Of a stretch of DNA of 64,000 bases, positions 40,840 to 55,412 are shown in pieces (within the stretch, counting starts at the first letter, position 1; each line of letters opens with the position of its first letter). The notes beneath the pieces were generated by a model. It was given only the letters and a program-made list of their open reading frames with translations. It was not told the DNA's origin and did not search any database. The position numbers and the translations under genes are program-made. Source of the DNA: the human T2T-CHM13v2.0 reference genome, Homo sapiens. The DNA is taken from the NCBI RefSeq assembly GCF_009914755.1, contig NC_060939.1, one strand, 5' to 3'.

Positions 40840-41662
40840 CTTAATTTTTAGAGAAGTTTTAGGTTCACAGCAAAATTGAGTTAAAGATACTGAAATGTTT
40901 CCATTTTACACCCCTCTCGCTTCCCATGCACAGCCTCTACCATTATAAACCTCTTTCACCAGAGCGGTACATTTGTTACAATTGCTTAACATACACTGAT
41001 GCATTATAATTACCCAAAATCTATAGTTTAAATTAGAGCTCACTCTTGGTGTTGAACATTCTCTGGGCTTTGGCAAATGAATAATGTGATGTGTCCACCA
41101 TTACCGTGTAATACAGAATTGTTTCACTGCCCTACAAATCTTTTGTGCCCTGCCTACTCATCTCTCCCTCCCCACAATCCCTGGCAACCACTGATCTTAT
41201 TACTGTTACCATAGTTTTGCCTTTTACAGAATGTCATATGGTTGGAATCATACAACATGTAGCCTTCTCAGGTGGGCTTCTTTCTTTTAGTAATACACAA
41301 TTAAGTTTCTTCTATGTCTTTTTTCTGGCTTGATAGCTCATTTCTTTTTAGTGCTGAATAATATTCCATCTATTGTCTAAATGTACCACAGTTTATTTAT
41401 TCATTTACCTACTGAAAGACATCTTGGTTGCTTCCACATTTTGGCAATTATGAATAAAGCTGCTATAAACATATGTGTGCAGGTTTTTGTGTGAACATAG
41501 TTTTTCAACTCCTTTGAGTAAATCCTAAGGAATGTTATTGCTGGATCATATAATAAGAATGTGTTTAGTTTTCTAAACAACTGCAAAACTGTCTTTCAAA
41601 GTGGTCGTACCATTTTACATTCCCACTAGCAATGAATGAGAGTTTCTGATCGTTAAAAGATA
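40840..41662 (-). mobile_element. L1MC1-like LINE 3' fragment
   Basis: agaagttttaggttcacagcaaaattgag...; minus-strand ORF2 C-terminal remnant (YDPAI...TCTHMFIAALF); TSD cagaatgatcttt at 39772 and 41663. Confidence 0.85.
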
Positions 41663-41689
41663 CAGAATGATCTTTTAAAAATGTAATAC

Positions 41690-44061
41690 TAATGACTTAG
41701 AAATAAAGAGATCATAAAAGACTATTATGAGCAATAATACACCAACAAATTAGATAACTAGGAGAAATAGATACATTCCTAGAAACATACAACTGATCAC
41801 AACTGAATCAAGAAGAAACAGAAAGTCTAATCAGAGCAGTGACAAATAAGAAGATTTACTCAGTAATGAAAAACTTTTTAATAAAGAAAAACCAGATAGC
41901 CTCACAGGTCAATTCTACCAAATATTTAAAGAAGAATTAATGCCAATTCTTTTTATTTTTTAATTTTTATTTATTTATTTAAGACTGGGTTTCACTCCGT
42001 CACCCAGGCTGAACTGCAGTGGCATGATCATACCTCACTGTAACCTCAAACTCCTGGGCTCAAGTGATCCTTCTGCCTCAGCCTCTCTAGTAGCTTGGAT
42101 TACAGGTGTGAGCCACCACATTCAGCCACTAATACCAATAATTTGAAAATCCAAATAATAGAATAAAACATTCCAAATTCTTTTTATGAGGCTAGCATCA
42201 CCCTGCTAGCAAAGCCAGACAAAGATGCCAGAAGAAAACTACAGGCCAATATACCCGATGAACATGGATGCAAAAATCCTGAAAAATATTAGCATTTTCA
42301 ACACAAGCAAATCAATTAATGCATATACCACATCAACAGAATGAAGAATAAAAATCACATTGTCTTCTCAATAGACACAAAAGAAGCATCTGACAAAATT
42401 TAGCACCCTTTCATGATAAACACTATCAGCAAGTTAAGTATAAGACTGTACCTCAACATAAAAAGACCGTGTATGACAAGCCAATAGCTAACATACTCAA
42501 TGATGAAAAACTGAAAGCTTTTCCTTTAAGATCAGGAACAAGACAAGGATGTCCGCTCTTGCCACTTATATGAGATATAGTACTAAAAGTTATAGCTGGA
42601 GCAATTAGACAAGAAAAGGAAATAAAAGGCATCCAAATCAGAGGAGAAGAAATAAAATTATCTTTGTTTGCAGATGGCATGATCTTATATGTAGAAAACC
42701 CTAAAGACTCCATAAAAAACTGGTAGAACTAATAAATAAATTCAGTAAAATTTCAGGGTAAAAAAAACAACATACAAAAATTATAGTATTTCTATACACT
42801 AACAATGAATTATCCAAAAAGAAATTTAAAAAGCAATCTTATTTACAAGCATAAAAATACTGAGAAATAAACATAACCAAGGAGATGAAAGAGTTGTATG
42901 AAGGAAACAATCAACAAAATAAAAAGGCAGCTTATGCAGTGGAAGAATATATTTGTAAAACATATATTTGCTAAAGAGTTAATATTCAAAATATATGAGA
43001 AATTCATACAACTCAATAGTGAAAACACAAATAATCTGATTCAAAAATCGGCAAAGGAACTGAATAGACATTTCTCCAAATAAGATATACAAATGATCAA
43101 CAGGTGTATGAAAAGTTGCTCAACATCAGTAATCATCAGGGAAATGCAATAAAACCACATGAGATATCTACTTCACACCTGTTTTGCTGGCTATTATTAA
43201 AAAAAATCCAAAGGATAACAAATGTCATTAAGGATGTAGTGGAAGGGGAACGCTTGTACACTGCTGGTGTCAATGTAAGTTGGTACAGCCACTATGGAAA
43301 ACAGTATCCAGATTTCTCAAAAAATTCAAAATCAGAACTGCCACACGAACCTGCAATCCAACTTTTGGATATATATTCAAAGGAATTGAAATCAGGATCT
43401 TGGAAAGCTATCTGCACTCCCATGCTTATTGCAGCATTATTCACAATAGCCAAGATATGAAAACTACTTAAATGTCCATTGTTAGATAAATGGATAAAGA
43501 AAATGGTATATACATGCAATAGAATATTATTGAGACGTCAAGAAGAAGGAAACCCCACCATTTGTGACAACATAGATAAACTTGGAGGACATTATGCTAA
43601 ATGAAATAAACCAAACACAGAAGGGCAAATACTTTATGATCTCACTTATATGATGAATTAAAAATAGCCAAACTCATAGAAGCAGAGCTTGGAATGGTGA
43701 TTGCCAGAGGCTAGGGGGAGGAGGAAATGAAGAAGTATTAGTCAAAGGGTACAAAGTTTGGTTATACAAGATAAACGTGTCCAAGAGATCTACTGTGTAA
43801 CATAGTGCATAAAGTTAGTAAGTACTGTATACTTAAAAATTTGCTTCTACCTTCTGGTAGATCTTATGTTAAATGTTCTCATCACAAAGAAATCCTAATA
43901 AATAAAGAGGGCAGAAGGAAACTTTTGGAGGTGACGGATAGATTTACAGAAGAGATTTTGGTGGTAGTTTCAGGCGTATATAATTATCTCCAAACTGATC
44001 AGGCTATATATATTAAGTATGTACAGATTTTGATATGACAATCATTTTAATCAAGTGGTTT
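41690..44061 (+). mobile_element. L1MA-type LINE, 5'-truncated with internal deletions
   Basis: ORF2 remnants (tctttgtttgcagatggcatgat RT region; C-terminal [15 protein letters not shown]) and L1MA 3'UTR; TSD taaaaa(t/a)gtaatac at 41676 and 44062. Confidence 0.9.
41950..42127 (-). mobile_element. Free Alu monomer (FAM/FRAM-like) inside L1MA
   Basis: Single reversed monomer, TSD taat(g/a)ccaat. Confidence 0.85.
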
Positions 44062-44075
44062 TAAAAAAGTAATAC

Positions 44076-44505
44076 AGTCATGTCACTCTTGTATGTAAGA
44101 TTCTGCAAACGGCTTCCTATCACACTTAGTATGAAATGAAGTCTATCATATGACCCTAAAAATATGGACTTTTCTATGTCTTTAAACTCTCTTACACCCT
44201 CATTCACTACACTCCAATGACACCAGTCTTCTGTCAGTCACTTAAGCGCGCTAAATTCATTCTTGCCTCAGGACTTTTGCACTTGCTACTCCCTCTTCCT
44301 GATGTCTGATGTAAAATAACATGCCAACCCCACCATCTCTTTACTCTTTCTTATTGTTCCTCATGGCACTCACCTCTACTTGAAATGACAGCACATACTA
44401 ACCTGTTTACTTTCTTTCTTATTAGAATGCAAACTCCACAAGGGTAGAGACTGACAATTTCCCCAGGGTCTAGTATGGTGCTGGCATACAATATTTATTG
44501 AGTTC
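44076..44505 (+). mobile_element. L2 LINE, right part (continuation of 39490-39784)
   Basis: gtcatgtcactctt...ggcttcctatcacacttag...ttagaatgcaaactccacaaggg...tggcatacaatatttattga. Confidence 0.7.
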
Positions 44506-44651
44506 ATAAGTGGATGGTTTTGCAACCCACATATCATTTTCCTCCTGGAGGGTACTTTGCTCATCTAGGAAATGAGAGGTTGAACTGGATGACATCTCAG
44601 GACCTGTTTGGTTCTGAAAACTCTGGGAGCATATGAGGAACTGGCAATTTG

Positions 44652-44795
44652 TTTTATTTTTTAATTTAACGTTTAAGTTCAGGGCTACAAGAGCAGGTTT
44701 GTTATGCAGGTAAACTTTTGTCATGGGGATTTGTTGTACAGATTATTTTGTCACCCTGGTATTAAGCCTAGTGCCTATTAATTATTTTTTCTGAT
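44652..44795 (-). mobile_element. Short 3' end of old L1PA (L1PA13-16-like)
   Basis: ttaagttcagggctacaagagcaggtttgttatgcaggtaaact...gtacagattattttgtcacc; TSD caatttg. Confidence 0.8.
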
Positions 44796-46659
44796 CAATT
44801 TGATAGTGAACAAAAGGAGCCTAACTGCATTATGAGAACAGAAAGAATATTTTAATAACCATTCCCCCTTTCTCCCTGTATAATGGCTTTTTCTTTATTA
44901 ATTTGATTAAAATGTCTTTAAAGTCCAATTGTGTTTCCAGCACGGGGATAAGAAAAACTCTGAGACTAAAAGCAGAGTTTAAGTACTGATGCTGAAGTGA
45001 TGCAGAATTAAGAAAAGACAGTTGTGAACTGGAATTAGTCTGGAGAGTTTTACAAAGGAGTCAGGTCAACTTTGGGTCTTGAAGGCAGGGTAGGTTTTAC
45101 ATTTGATCTGAGAGTAGGTAAATAGCCATTAATGGTTCTTAAGAAGGGAGTGGCGTGCTAGAAATATAGTATCTGGGAAATTATCTGTAGATGCCCTACC
45201 AGAATTGAGATCCTTGACCAGACTTCGAACTACTTAGGGTATAGAGATGTGCTTTTTACACTTTGCATTGAAGCATAGTTTCTAGCATATAGTAGGTCCT
45301 AAAAGATTATTCACTGGATGAGATTGGGGAGGATGTTGAATCTGGAAGGGTTATGAGGTAGAAACCCAATGAGGATTGCTTGTTTCACTGGCTTCCACAT
45401 ATTGCCATGCCATGCTGTGATGTGGACAGCTCCAGGATCCTCATTGGCTGGGGAGGATGCTGGAGGTGAGATGGGTCCACATTTCAAATCCTGTAGTTGC
45501 ACCTTAGACTGGAATGCAGAGCACCCTGCATTCTTTGAGGGCTTGATGTGATGGAACATGGCCTTGAAGCCAACAGACATGCCCAGCACACAAACTTACT
45601 CACATGTTAACCCCCTATCCCGAGTTCATAATTACAACATAATTCAATCTGAAGTTTTCTCCCATAAGGAATTAGTATTCTATTTAGTAGCCACCCAGAT
45701 TCTAAACAGTGAAAGCTAAACATCAAGAGCTTGATTGAATGACCCACCTGGAATTGTTTATACTTCATTAATGCTTTTCATAAATCATGAGTTTGACAGG
45801 TTACTGGCATGGACTTTCCAAATCTCATAATTGTGTTTTGTTTTTCCCTTGCTTCATCAGTTTCCTTTCACAGGCTGACAGCTTAGAAAATGTTACTAGA
45901 ACTACCAGCTACTGCAGTGACCACTTCTGGTGTGAGCACCTACTGTATTCCCAGAACAGCTGTAGAGGTCTGAAGGCTTGGACTGTATGTAGTCTCGGCT
46001 TGGCCATATATTAGCTGGGAGTCCTAGGCAGATCTCTGCCATCAGATCTGTAAAAAAAAAACAAAAAAAAAAAACGATAAAATATGTGATGGTAGTTATT
46101 TCATAAGACTGTTAAGAATGACATGAGATAATGTAGGTAAAGAATCTGGTGCACTGTCATGCGGTAAGTGCTGAATAAAGCTAGTGATTGTAGTTCTTCT
46201 ATTGGTAAACCTCAAGAAGATGAGCATCCAGAGGCTGAAGTGATTGCAAATGACCAGCACCTAAATTATAGGAGGACAGCTATTACCTTTAAGTCTGTCT
46301 ATAATAGGTGAGTTTGAGAAAATAAGATCGTGCATCAATCTAGATCATTATCTGGATTCTTTATCTGACTCGATCATGAAGCCAACCCAAGATTATGGGC
46401 TTTAATGGAGGTGTGTAGAGCAGTGGTATTTCCTACCACTAGATTATAATCTCTATAAAAGGTTTATTTTTGCATTCTCAGAACCTAGAATAGTGGCACT
46501 CAACACATCAACAGGCTTTTAATAACTCTTTGTTTAAAGGATGAATGGATAGAGAAGGCAAAAGAGAAGGTAATTCCATCATTTATATAATGCTTTTCTA
46601 TACACATAAGATATAAATATATACTTTACTATATATATATATTTATATACTTATCTATA

Positions 46660-47150
46660 TATGCATATATTTTCTGATTATAAAAGTAACATATACTTTT
46701 TGTAAAAAATTAAATGATACCAAAATATATAAAGAAAAAAAAGTCCCTGGAATTCCACCTTCAGAGTTAACTATTGTTATTGAGTTTGGTATCTGTTTTT
46801 CTTGATTTAAAAATTGTCTATGCTAATGTATAGGCACTTAACAAAAATGGGCTCATACTCGTTTTTAAATTTAGCTGTATCTTAAGGCCCTTTGTCATCT
46901 CACTTCATGTAGATCTACATTTCTAAGGATTGCACAGTTTCTATCATGTGAGTTCATCATGCATTATCTATCCATTCTCCTCTTGATGGAATTTATATTT
47001 GTTATAACTTTTTTCACTACACTAATATAATATTTCAAGAAATGTTCATGTACATATATTTGCCTTCTTGGGAAAATAGTTCTATTGGAAAAATCCCTAA
47101 TAGTGGAATTGCTAAATGAAAAAAATGTGCACATTAAAAATTTCGATGTT
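46660..47150 (-). mobile_element. Old L1ME fragment
   Basis: tttctgattataaaagtaacata...tagtggaattgctaaatg. Confidence 0.55.
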
Positions 47151-49949
47151 ATGCTTTGCTTTTACAACTTCTTTGGAATTTGAAAACATTGTTTGTGCCA
47201 GCCCTGCAGTGCCCCTACACAGACAACACGATTAGCTCTTTACTTTAGTGCTCTTTCATTTAAACAATAAAAAATGGTACTGAAGGTGGGTTCATGAGAT
47301 GTTTGTGGATTGCAACTGAAGGTAGTTCTTTTATCTGGCAGCTCAATCTCTCTGACAAAGTAGACAGCTTTATGGGGTGGATACATATGGAGGCATGAGG
47401 AAGGAAGAGATGCCCACTTAGGCATCAAAATAAATAAATAAACAAGATGATGAATGAAAGAGCAAATATTTCCCCTATGTGCTCAGCCAAGATGTGGTGA
47501 CAGGTTTGGACAGCGTGCCAGTATCAGAGTTGGGAAATGGAAAAAGCACGCTCCATTTGTGGGGCAATATCATTATGAATGGAGCCATATCCCCCTCAGC
47601 ATCCTTTTCCTATGTGCCCCTAACCCTCAGCCCAAGATTGTAAAGTTTTATGTCTGGGAGGATAAACACTTCTGCAAAATAATTACAAAACTGAACAATG
47701 GAGACTTCCTTAGTGCAGCGGAGATGGAGGAAGGGCTGGAATCGGGATGGCTTTGTGGTGGTGGCAGGGATTTTCAGGGTGATTTAGTGTGGATTGATCT
47801 GCAGTTTATTCTGCAGCCATTGTTTGTAATGTGCTTTACCAGCTCATGTACCCTGAGCCTTAATTGTTCTAAATTAAACTATAGGGACCAGACAGCACAC
47901 ATTTCAATCAGAACGACAAAATATTGCACCAAATCCCACAGGGATACATCAGCCCCTGCTAGGATGGGCTTGTACTCAAGGGAAGAGGGAAAAAAGTGCT
48001 CAGGAGAGCATTGGATAAAATTGAATAGGTTCTGTTCTATTTGTATACAAGATAAAACCCAATTGTGCTACCTCAATCTGTGTGTATGTGTATTTGAATA
48101 ATCAAAGACAATACAATTGTTTGCAATGTGATATTTATCTAAATATTAAGGAAATGTAACCCTGAGTTGAATTGCTCTGTATTTTGTTCATTAGCCTTGA
48201 GTTTTACAAATAAGTTGAAATGATACCTGACTTGGGCAATGTTCTGATTTGGCTGGAAAAGCTGCAGGGAATTCTCATGGCTTGTTTAAATACACAGAAG
48301 CCCAGTTTCTTCTGGTAAGAGGTTGCTCATTAAAAAAAATTATTCCTTGTCAGGATTTACTATTTTAAGTCAATATGGAGCCTGGGAAATGACCCAAAGC
48401 CTGGACAAACAATATAGGCCATGGCATTTCTTATTGACTGTAAGAGAGTGACATAATTTTTCACTTTATCCTCTTCTCAAAATGTCAAAAGAATCATAAC
48501 TTTTTACATATTACATTCTGTCTCAATTCTGTCTCAATAGCACACACGCAAATATCCAAATGTATATCTAGGCAGCTATACATAGCCAGGAGGGGACCCA
48601 AATCAAGAAGTTAAGAGAAAAGAGATTGTGTAAGATCTGAGGAGAACACAAAAATGAATCCAAGCCACTTCTGGGTCACAGAAGTAGCTAATTCTACTCC
48701 CCCTATACCCTGCAAACCCAAAGATAACCACTATTAATTTTCCACAGCCTTCCTCTAGCATGTATGTGTTTTATGTAAATGGGATTATACTTTGCATGTT
48801 GTCTTGTTCCTTGCTTTTAAGACTTAACAGCATCATTTTCCAACTTAACATACCCATAAGCCCCTTTTCCAGAAGTAACTCTGATGTATTCTTTCTAATA
48901 GTTATGTAATATTCCACTCAGTGGATGGCTGATAATTGATATTGCCCTCTATTGATGAGCATTTGGGTTATTTATAACTTTTACTACTATAATTGTTTTA
49001 TAATTTTATAAACATGTTTATTTACAGGATAAATTCTAGCAGTGGTATTAACTGTCAAAAGATGATCACAACATTACATTTCATTCCCCCATCCAGTTAT
49101 GCTTGTACTACTTATTAAATATACTCTACTTTTTCCACTGGGGGTGAAAAAAAAGATGCTCACAATTATTATGCTAGATATTTTCAAATAAGTGTACACC
49201 AATTTATACATGCCTGGTAAAAATACATGAGAGTTCTTTTTTGCCCACAAAGTCACGTAATTGGAAAAACGGATGCATTTAGGGTGAAATGGAGACTTAA
49301 ATATCTATATTTACTTTAATATCTTTCTTAGTCATACCTAACCACTGTAATCACTGGTCCTTCCTCTATCATCTATGACCTTCTGTCTTAGGTTTGCCTC
49401 AAGCTAATGTCTTCATTACTTTTAAGACTGTATTTTTATATTACCAATAATGGTATCCTCTAAGGTGTTGGACTTAGCTAGTTTCCCTTTGCAGTGTGAC
49501 CCAGAAGTGGCTTGGATTCATTTTTGGGTTCTCCCCAGATCTTACACCATCTCTTTTCTCTTAAGTTCTTGATTCGGGTCCCCTCCTGGCTGTGTATAGC
49601 TCCCTAGGTGAAATCTGTGCCATCCCCTGGAATTCAAGTTGCCATTCACATATCTTCCCACATATCTAAGGGCATTTTGTTCTGTTGATCAACTTCTAAT
49701 TTTCTTCAGCAAGCACTGATTAATAGCCTATTATGTGCTAGGCACAGTATCCCTGTCTGTGGAGGATCATACACCATTTGGGGATACAAACCTGCAAATA
49801 TTCCTGTGGATGCAGGAAAAGAGAGAGGCGTTTGCAAGATCTTTTGGGACAAGAAAAGGAAAAATACTTAACTGTGCTCAACCAGGCCAGGGAAGCCTCT
49901 CAAAGGAGGTAACAACTGAACTAAGGCTTAACGGGTTACAATGTGTTTA

Positions 49950-50560
49950 TACTCAGTGATTTCACTTCAGTTACATCCTAAAAAAAAGTCTTGAACATGC
50001 ACACAATAAGACAAGTACACGAATGTTCATTACAGCATTTTTTATAATGTAAAATTTCTCAATATTGACAATAGGAAAATGGATAAATGGGGTATAGTCA
50101 GATTACAGAGTCATAATTAGCCCTTAAAATAAATGAACCAGATGTATATGTATCAATATAGATAAATCCTGAAAACATCATGTTAAGTGAAAAACCACAC
50201 TGCAGAAGAATAAACACAGTATAACATATGCCTTTATATAAACAGAAAATAACACCATGGATTTGGGAATCTATGCATGCAGAATAAAAGAAAGAAGTTG
50301 CTGATAGCAAGAATAAACCCCAGCGTCAGGATAGTGATAATCTGGGGTGAGAGAGGCTGAAGGAGAATGGAATTAGGGAGGAGGAAAAAGAGGTTCTTAA
50401 TAGTTCCTGTAATGTTTTATTTCCCTAAAAATGATGAAATAAAATATGGCAAAATATTCACATTCATTAGATATGAGTGGTGGGTACATTGCTGTACTTC
50501 AAACATACAGAGAATAATACCATTTATTATTCTCTATGCTTGAAGGATTTAACGAAAAAT
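49950..50560 (+). mobile_element. Old L1ME 3' fragment
   Basis: gtacacgaatgttcattacagcatt...aatcctgaaaacatcatgttaagtgaaaa...gtggtgggtacattgc. Confidence 0.65.
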
Positions 50561-51884
50561 GAACGGGAGTTCTTTAGGTGGATAAACCTGGGTCCTATGT
50601 ATTTGTTTGAGGGGGCAATGTGTTGCATTGTGTATTAATTTGAGCAGCACCCTGGGAAAGTTTTTAAATGTGGAGAGAGGGAACATCTCTTTGGGTGACA
50701 TTCAGTGGCTTTAAGCTTTGTCTTAGGGATTCTGAGCTAGTACAGGGTCTTCACTGCTAGAGTGGGAGGAGAGCATTTAGCAGGTTAAATGTGACTGTAT
50801 TTGTTCGCATATTCATGTTCAAAGACACCCTTTGAGCAAATATTCTGGGCCTGAAAAAGAGTTTGAAAACATGTGATTTATGCAACCCCTTGCCTAGGGT
50901 GGTTGTTTTCATCTTTCATCTTTTTACTTTGCAGAAATAGACTCCACTAAGGCCACCAAGGGTAGGCTTGCACTGGAGGGAATGCTCGCCTCTCTTGCCT
51001 TCCTTCTGATCTCTTTCCAGCTTTGACAACTTCTGTTCTCTCTGCATATTCTTTGGTCTCTGAGGTCTCATCTCAAAGTGTCATCAGTGTCTCTGATTTT
51101 CACAATTGTAGGATTCCTTTACTTTGCACTCTGGACTCAGCTTGCTTTCCTTTATAGCGGGAAACACAGAATCACCCTCCGCTTCTTGCCATCCTTTCTC
51201 TAGAGCTGTCTGCCTCTGTCTGTTTTCTCTGATCTGCAGACCGATCACCTTGCCTCTGGCCTTTCCCTTTACAAACACTCTTGGAAAATAGTTTTCCTCT
51301 GGTACCTTTTTCAGCACATGACCACCATCCCAAAACTGAACAATTAAAATACACCCTTAAAATACAATTTCTTTTAAAACATTACCTTTACTAGACCTAC
51401 TTGTCTACATAATTTCTCCTTCTTTCCTTGATCCTTCATTTCATTCCTTGTCTCAACAACCTTGCTGCCTCCTTTATCTAATATCCAGTAATCTGGCCCA
51501 TTCAACAGGCAGGTTCTTGCATAGTGTTGACTAAGCCTTCTGTATCTATTGAGGCTGCTAAGCTATACTCCAATATTTGTTACATAATATCCCTACATAC
51601 AGAAGATATTGAATTAGCAATTTAATTAAATTATCATTTGCAGTTGGCCATTGTACCATTGTGTGCCTTTTGTCCATGTAAATGCAGTCTATTGAAATTG
51701 TAATCTTTTTAGTGCGGAAATAGTGGCAGACATGTTTTCACAGTGCCATTTGCTTGTGGGGCTTTAATGAATAGTCCCAAATTGTGGAAATAAGTGTTGT
51801 ATGTGAAATTTGTAGACCAGCAAAGTTTTACTGCTCTCAGTGAATCCTAAGAATCAGCAAACTCTAGGACAAATTTCTTTTTTA

Positions 51885-54800
51885 AAAACATTTTTAAAAT
51901 TTTTATTTTTTGTGGGTGTATAATAGGTATATATATTTATGGGGTACATGAGATATTTTGATAAAGGCATATAATGTGTAACAGTCACTTCAGGGTAAAT
52001 GGGTTATGCATCACCTCAAGGAATTATCCTTTGTGTTATAAAAAGATCTGATTATACTCATTTAGTTATTTAAAAATGTACAATTAAATTGCTATCGACT
52101 ATAGTCACCCTGTTGTGCCATTAAATGCTATATCTTACTCATTTTTTCTAACTATTTTTGTACTGATTAACCATTCCCACTTCTCCACCCACTGTCCCCC
52201 CACCCCCAGCACTAGCCTTCCCAGTCTCTGGTAACCATCATTCTACTCTCTATCTCCATGAATTTAATTGTTTTAATTTTTGGCTCCTGCAAATAAGCGA
52301 GAACATGAGAAGTTTGTCTTTCTGTGCTTGGCTTATTTCACATATCATAATGACTTCCAGTTCTATCCATGTGTTGCAAATGACAGAATCTTATTCTCTT
52401 TTATGGTTGAATAGTACTTCATTGTATATCTGTACCATGCTTTTTAAATCTATTCGTCTGTTGATGGACACTTAGGTGGCTTCCAAATCTCGGGTATTGT
52501 GAATAGTGCTACAATAAACATGGGAGTGCAGCTATCTCTTTGATGTACTGATTTCCTTTCTGTTGGGTATATACCTAAAAGTGGGATTGCTGAATCATAT
52601 GGTAGCTCTGTTTTTAGTCTTTTGAGGAACCTCTGAATTGTTCTCCATGGTGGTTGTTCTAATTTACTTTCCCACCAACAGTGTATGAAGGTTTCCTTTT
52701 CTCCATATTCTTGCCAGCATTTGTTATCACCTGTCTTTCGGGTAAAAGCCATTTTAACAAGGGTGAGAAGATATCTCATTGTAGTTTTGGCTTGCATTTC
52801 TCTGATGATCAATAATGTAGAGCATCTTTTCATGTACCTATTTACCATTTGTATATCTTCTTTTGAGAAATGTCTATTCAGATTTTTGCTCATTTAAAAA
52901 TCAAATTATTAGATTTTTTCCTATAGAGCTATTTGAACTCCTTACATATTCTAGGTTATTAATCCCTTGTTAGTTTGAAAATATTTTCTCCTGTGCTGAG
53001 GGTCGTCTTTTTACTTCTTTGATTGTTTCCTTTAGTGTGCAGAAGGTATTTAACTTGATGTGATCCCATTTGTTTATTTTTGCTTTGGTTGTCTGTACCT
53101 GTGGGGAATACCCACATTCTCAAGAAATCTTTGCCTAGTCCAATGTCTTGGAGAGCCTCCTCAGTGTTTTCTTGTAGTAGTTTCATTGTTTGACGATTTA
53201 GACTTAAGCCTTTAATCCATTTTGATTTGACTTTTGTATATGACAAGACAGGAGTCTAGTTTCATTCTTCTGCATATAGATATCTATTCATAGTTTTCCC
53301 AGGACCATTTGTTGAAGAGGCCATCCTTTCCCCAATGTATGTTCTTCACATCTTTGTCAAAAATGAGTTCACTGTAATTGTATGGATTTGTTTCTGGGTT
53401 CTCTATGCTGTTCAGTTGGTCAATGTGTCTGTTTTTATGCCAATATCATGTTGTCTTGGTTACTATAGCTCTGTAATATAACTATACTAGTTTTGCTCTT
53501 TTTGCTCAAGATTTCTTTGGCTATTATGGCTGTTTTGTGGTTCCATATAAATTTTAGATATTTTTTCCATTTCTGTGAAGAATGTTATTGGTATTTTGAT
53601 AGGGATTGCATTGAAACTGTAGATAGATTGCTTTGGGTAGTATGATTATTTTAACAATATTCCTTCTTCCAATCCATAAACATGGAATACCTTTTCATTT
53701 TTTTGTGTCCTCTTCAATTTCTTTCATAAATGTTTTATAGCTTTTATGGTAGGGATCTTTTACTTCTTTGGTTAATTCCTAAGTAATTTTATATTATTTG
53801 TAGCTATTATATTAATAAACAGGGATTTTTAAAAATTTCTTTTTCAGATCGTTCACTATTGGCATACAGAAATGCTACTGACTTTTGTATGTTGATTTTG
53901 TATCCTGCAACTTTATTGAATTTTTTAATCAGTTCTAATAGTTTTTTTGATAGAGTCTTGAGGTTTTTGTTTCAATTTTCCAAATATAAGATCATACCAT
54001 TTGCAAACAAGGATAATTTGACTTCTTCTTTTTCAGTTTGGATGCTCTTTATCTCTCTTGTCTAATTGCTCTAGCTATGACTTTCAGTACTATGTTGAAT
54101 AATAGTGGTGAAAGTGGGCATCTTTGTCTTGTTTCAGATCTTAGAGGAAAGGCTCCCAGTTTTCTCCGTTTTTTTGCCACTAGCTGCTGGCTGTCATATA
54201 TGTCTTTTATTATGTTGAGGTATGTTCCTTCTATACCCAGTTTTTTTAGGCTTTTTTTTTTATCATGAAGTGTTGTTGAATTTTATTAAATGTTTTTTCA
54301 TCATCAGTTGAAATGATCGTATGGTTTTTGTCCTTCATTCTGTTGATGTGATGTATCACATTTGATTGCTTTTTGTATGTTGAACCATCCTTGCATTCCT
54401 GGGATAAATCACACTTGGTCATGATGAATGATCTTTTTAGTGTGTTGCTGAATTCTGTTTGCTAGTATTTTGTTGGGGATTTTTGCATCAATGTTCATCA
54501 GGGATATTGGGGTGTAGCTTTCTTGTTTGATGTGTCTTTGTCTGGTCTTGGTTTCAGGGTAAAACTGGCCTAACAGAATGAGTTTGGAAGCATTCCCCCC
54601 TCTGTTTTTCAAAATAGTTTGAGTAGGATTGTTATTAAGTCCTCTGTAAATGTTTGGTAAAATTCAGCAGTGAAGCCATTGGGTCCTGAACTTCCCTTTA
54701 CAGGGAGACTTTTTATTACAGCTTTGATCTCATTACTTGTTATTGAGCTGCTCAGGTTTTAGTTTTCTTCATGGTTTAATCTAGGTAGGTTGTATGTGTC

Positions 54801-55412
54801 TAGGAATTTATCCATTTCTTCTAGGTTTTCTAATATATTGGTGTATAGTTGCTTTTCATGGCCTCTAATGATCCTTTGAATTTCTGTGGTATCAGTTGTA
54901 ATGTCTTCCTTTTTATCTCTGATTTTATCTATTTGGGTCTTCTCTCTTTTTTTTTCTTAGTCTGGCTAAGGTTTGTGAATTTTGTTTTTCTTTTCAAAAA
55001 CCAACTTTTTATTTCGTTGATCTTTTGTATTATTTTCTTTGTTTCAATTTTATTTATTTCTGCTCTGATCTTTATTATTTCTTTCTTCTACTAATTTTGC
55101 GTTTGGTTTGCTCTTGTTTTACCAGTTCTTTAAGATGCATTTTTAGCTTGTTTATTTGAAGTTTTACCACTTTTTCTGATGCAGGCACTTATAGCTATAC
55201 ATGTCCCTCTGCTTTCAAGGTATCTCATGGATTTTGGTATGTTGTGTTTTCATTATCATTCATTTCAAGGAATCTTTTAATTTCCTTCTTAATTTCTTCA
55301 TTGGCCCACTGGTCATTCAGGAGCATATTGTTTAATTTCTATGTGTTTGTATAGCTTTCAAAATTTATCTTGTTATTGATTTCTAGTTTTATTCCATCAT
55401 GGTCAGAGAAGA
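51885..55412 (-). mobile_element. L1MA (L1MA2/3-like) LINE, 5'-truncated, ~3.5 kb
   Basis: Minus-strand ORF2 remnants (52450-52893 [12 protein letters not shown]...; 54409-54612 [11 protein letters not shown]); L1MA 3'UTR; TSD-like gg(a/g)caaattt(c/a)ttt at 51867 and 55416. Confidence 0.93.
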
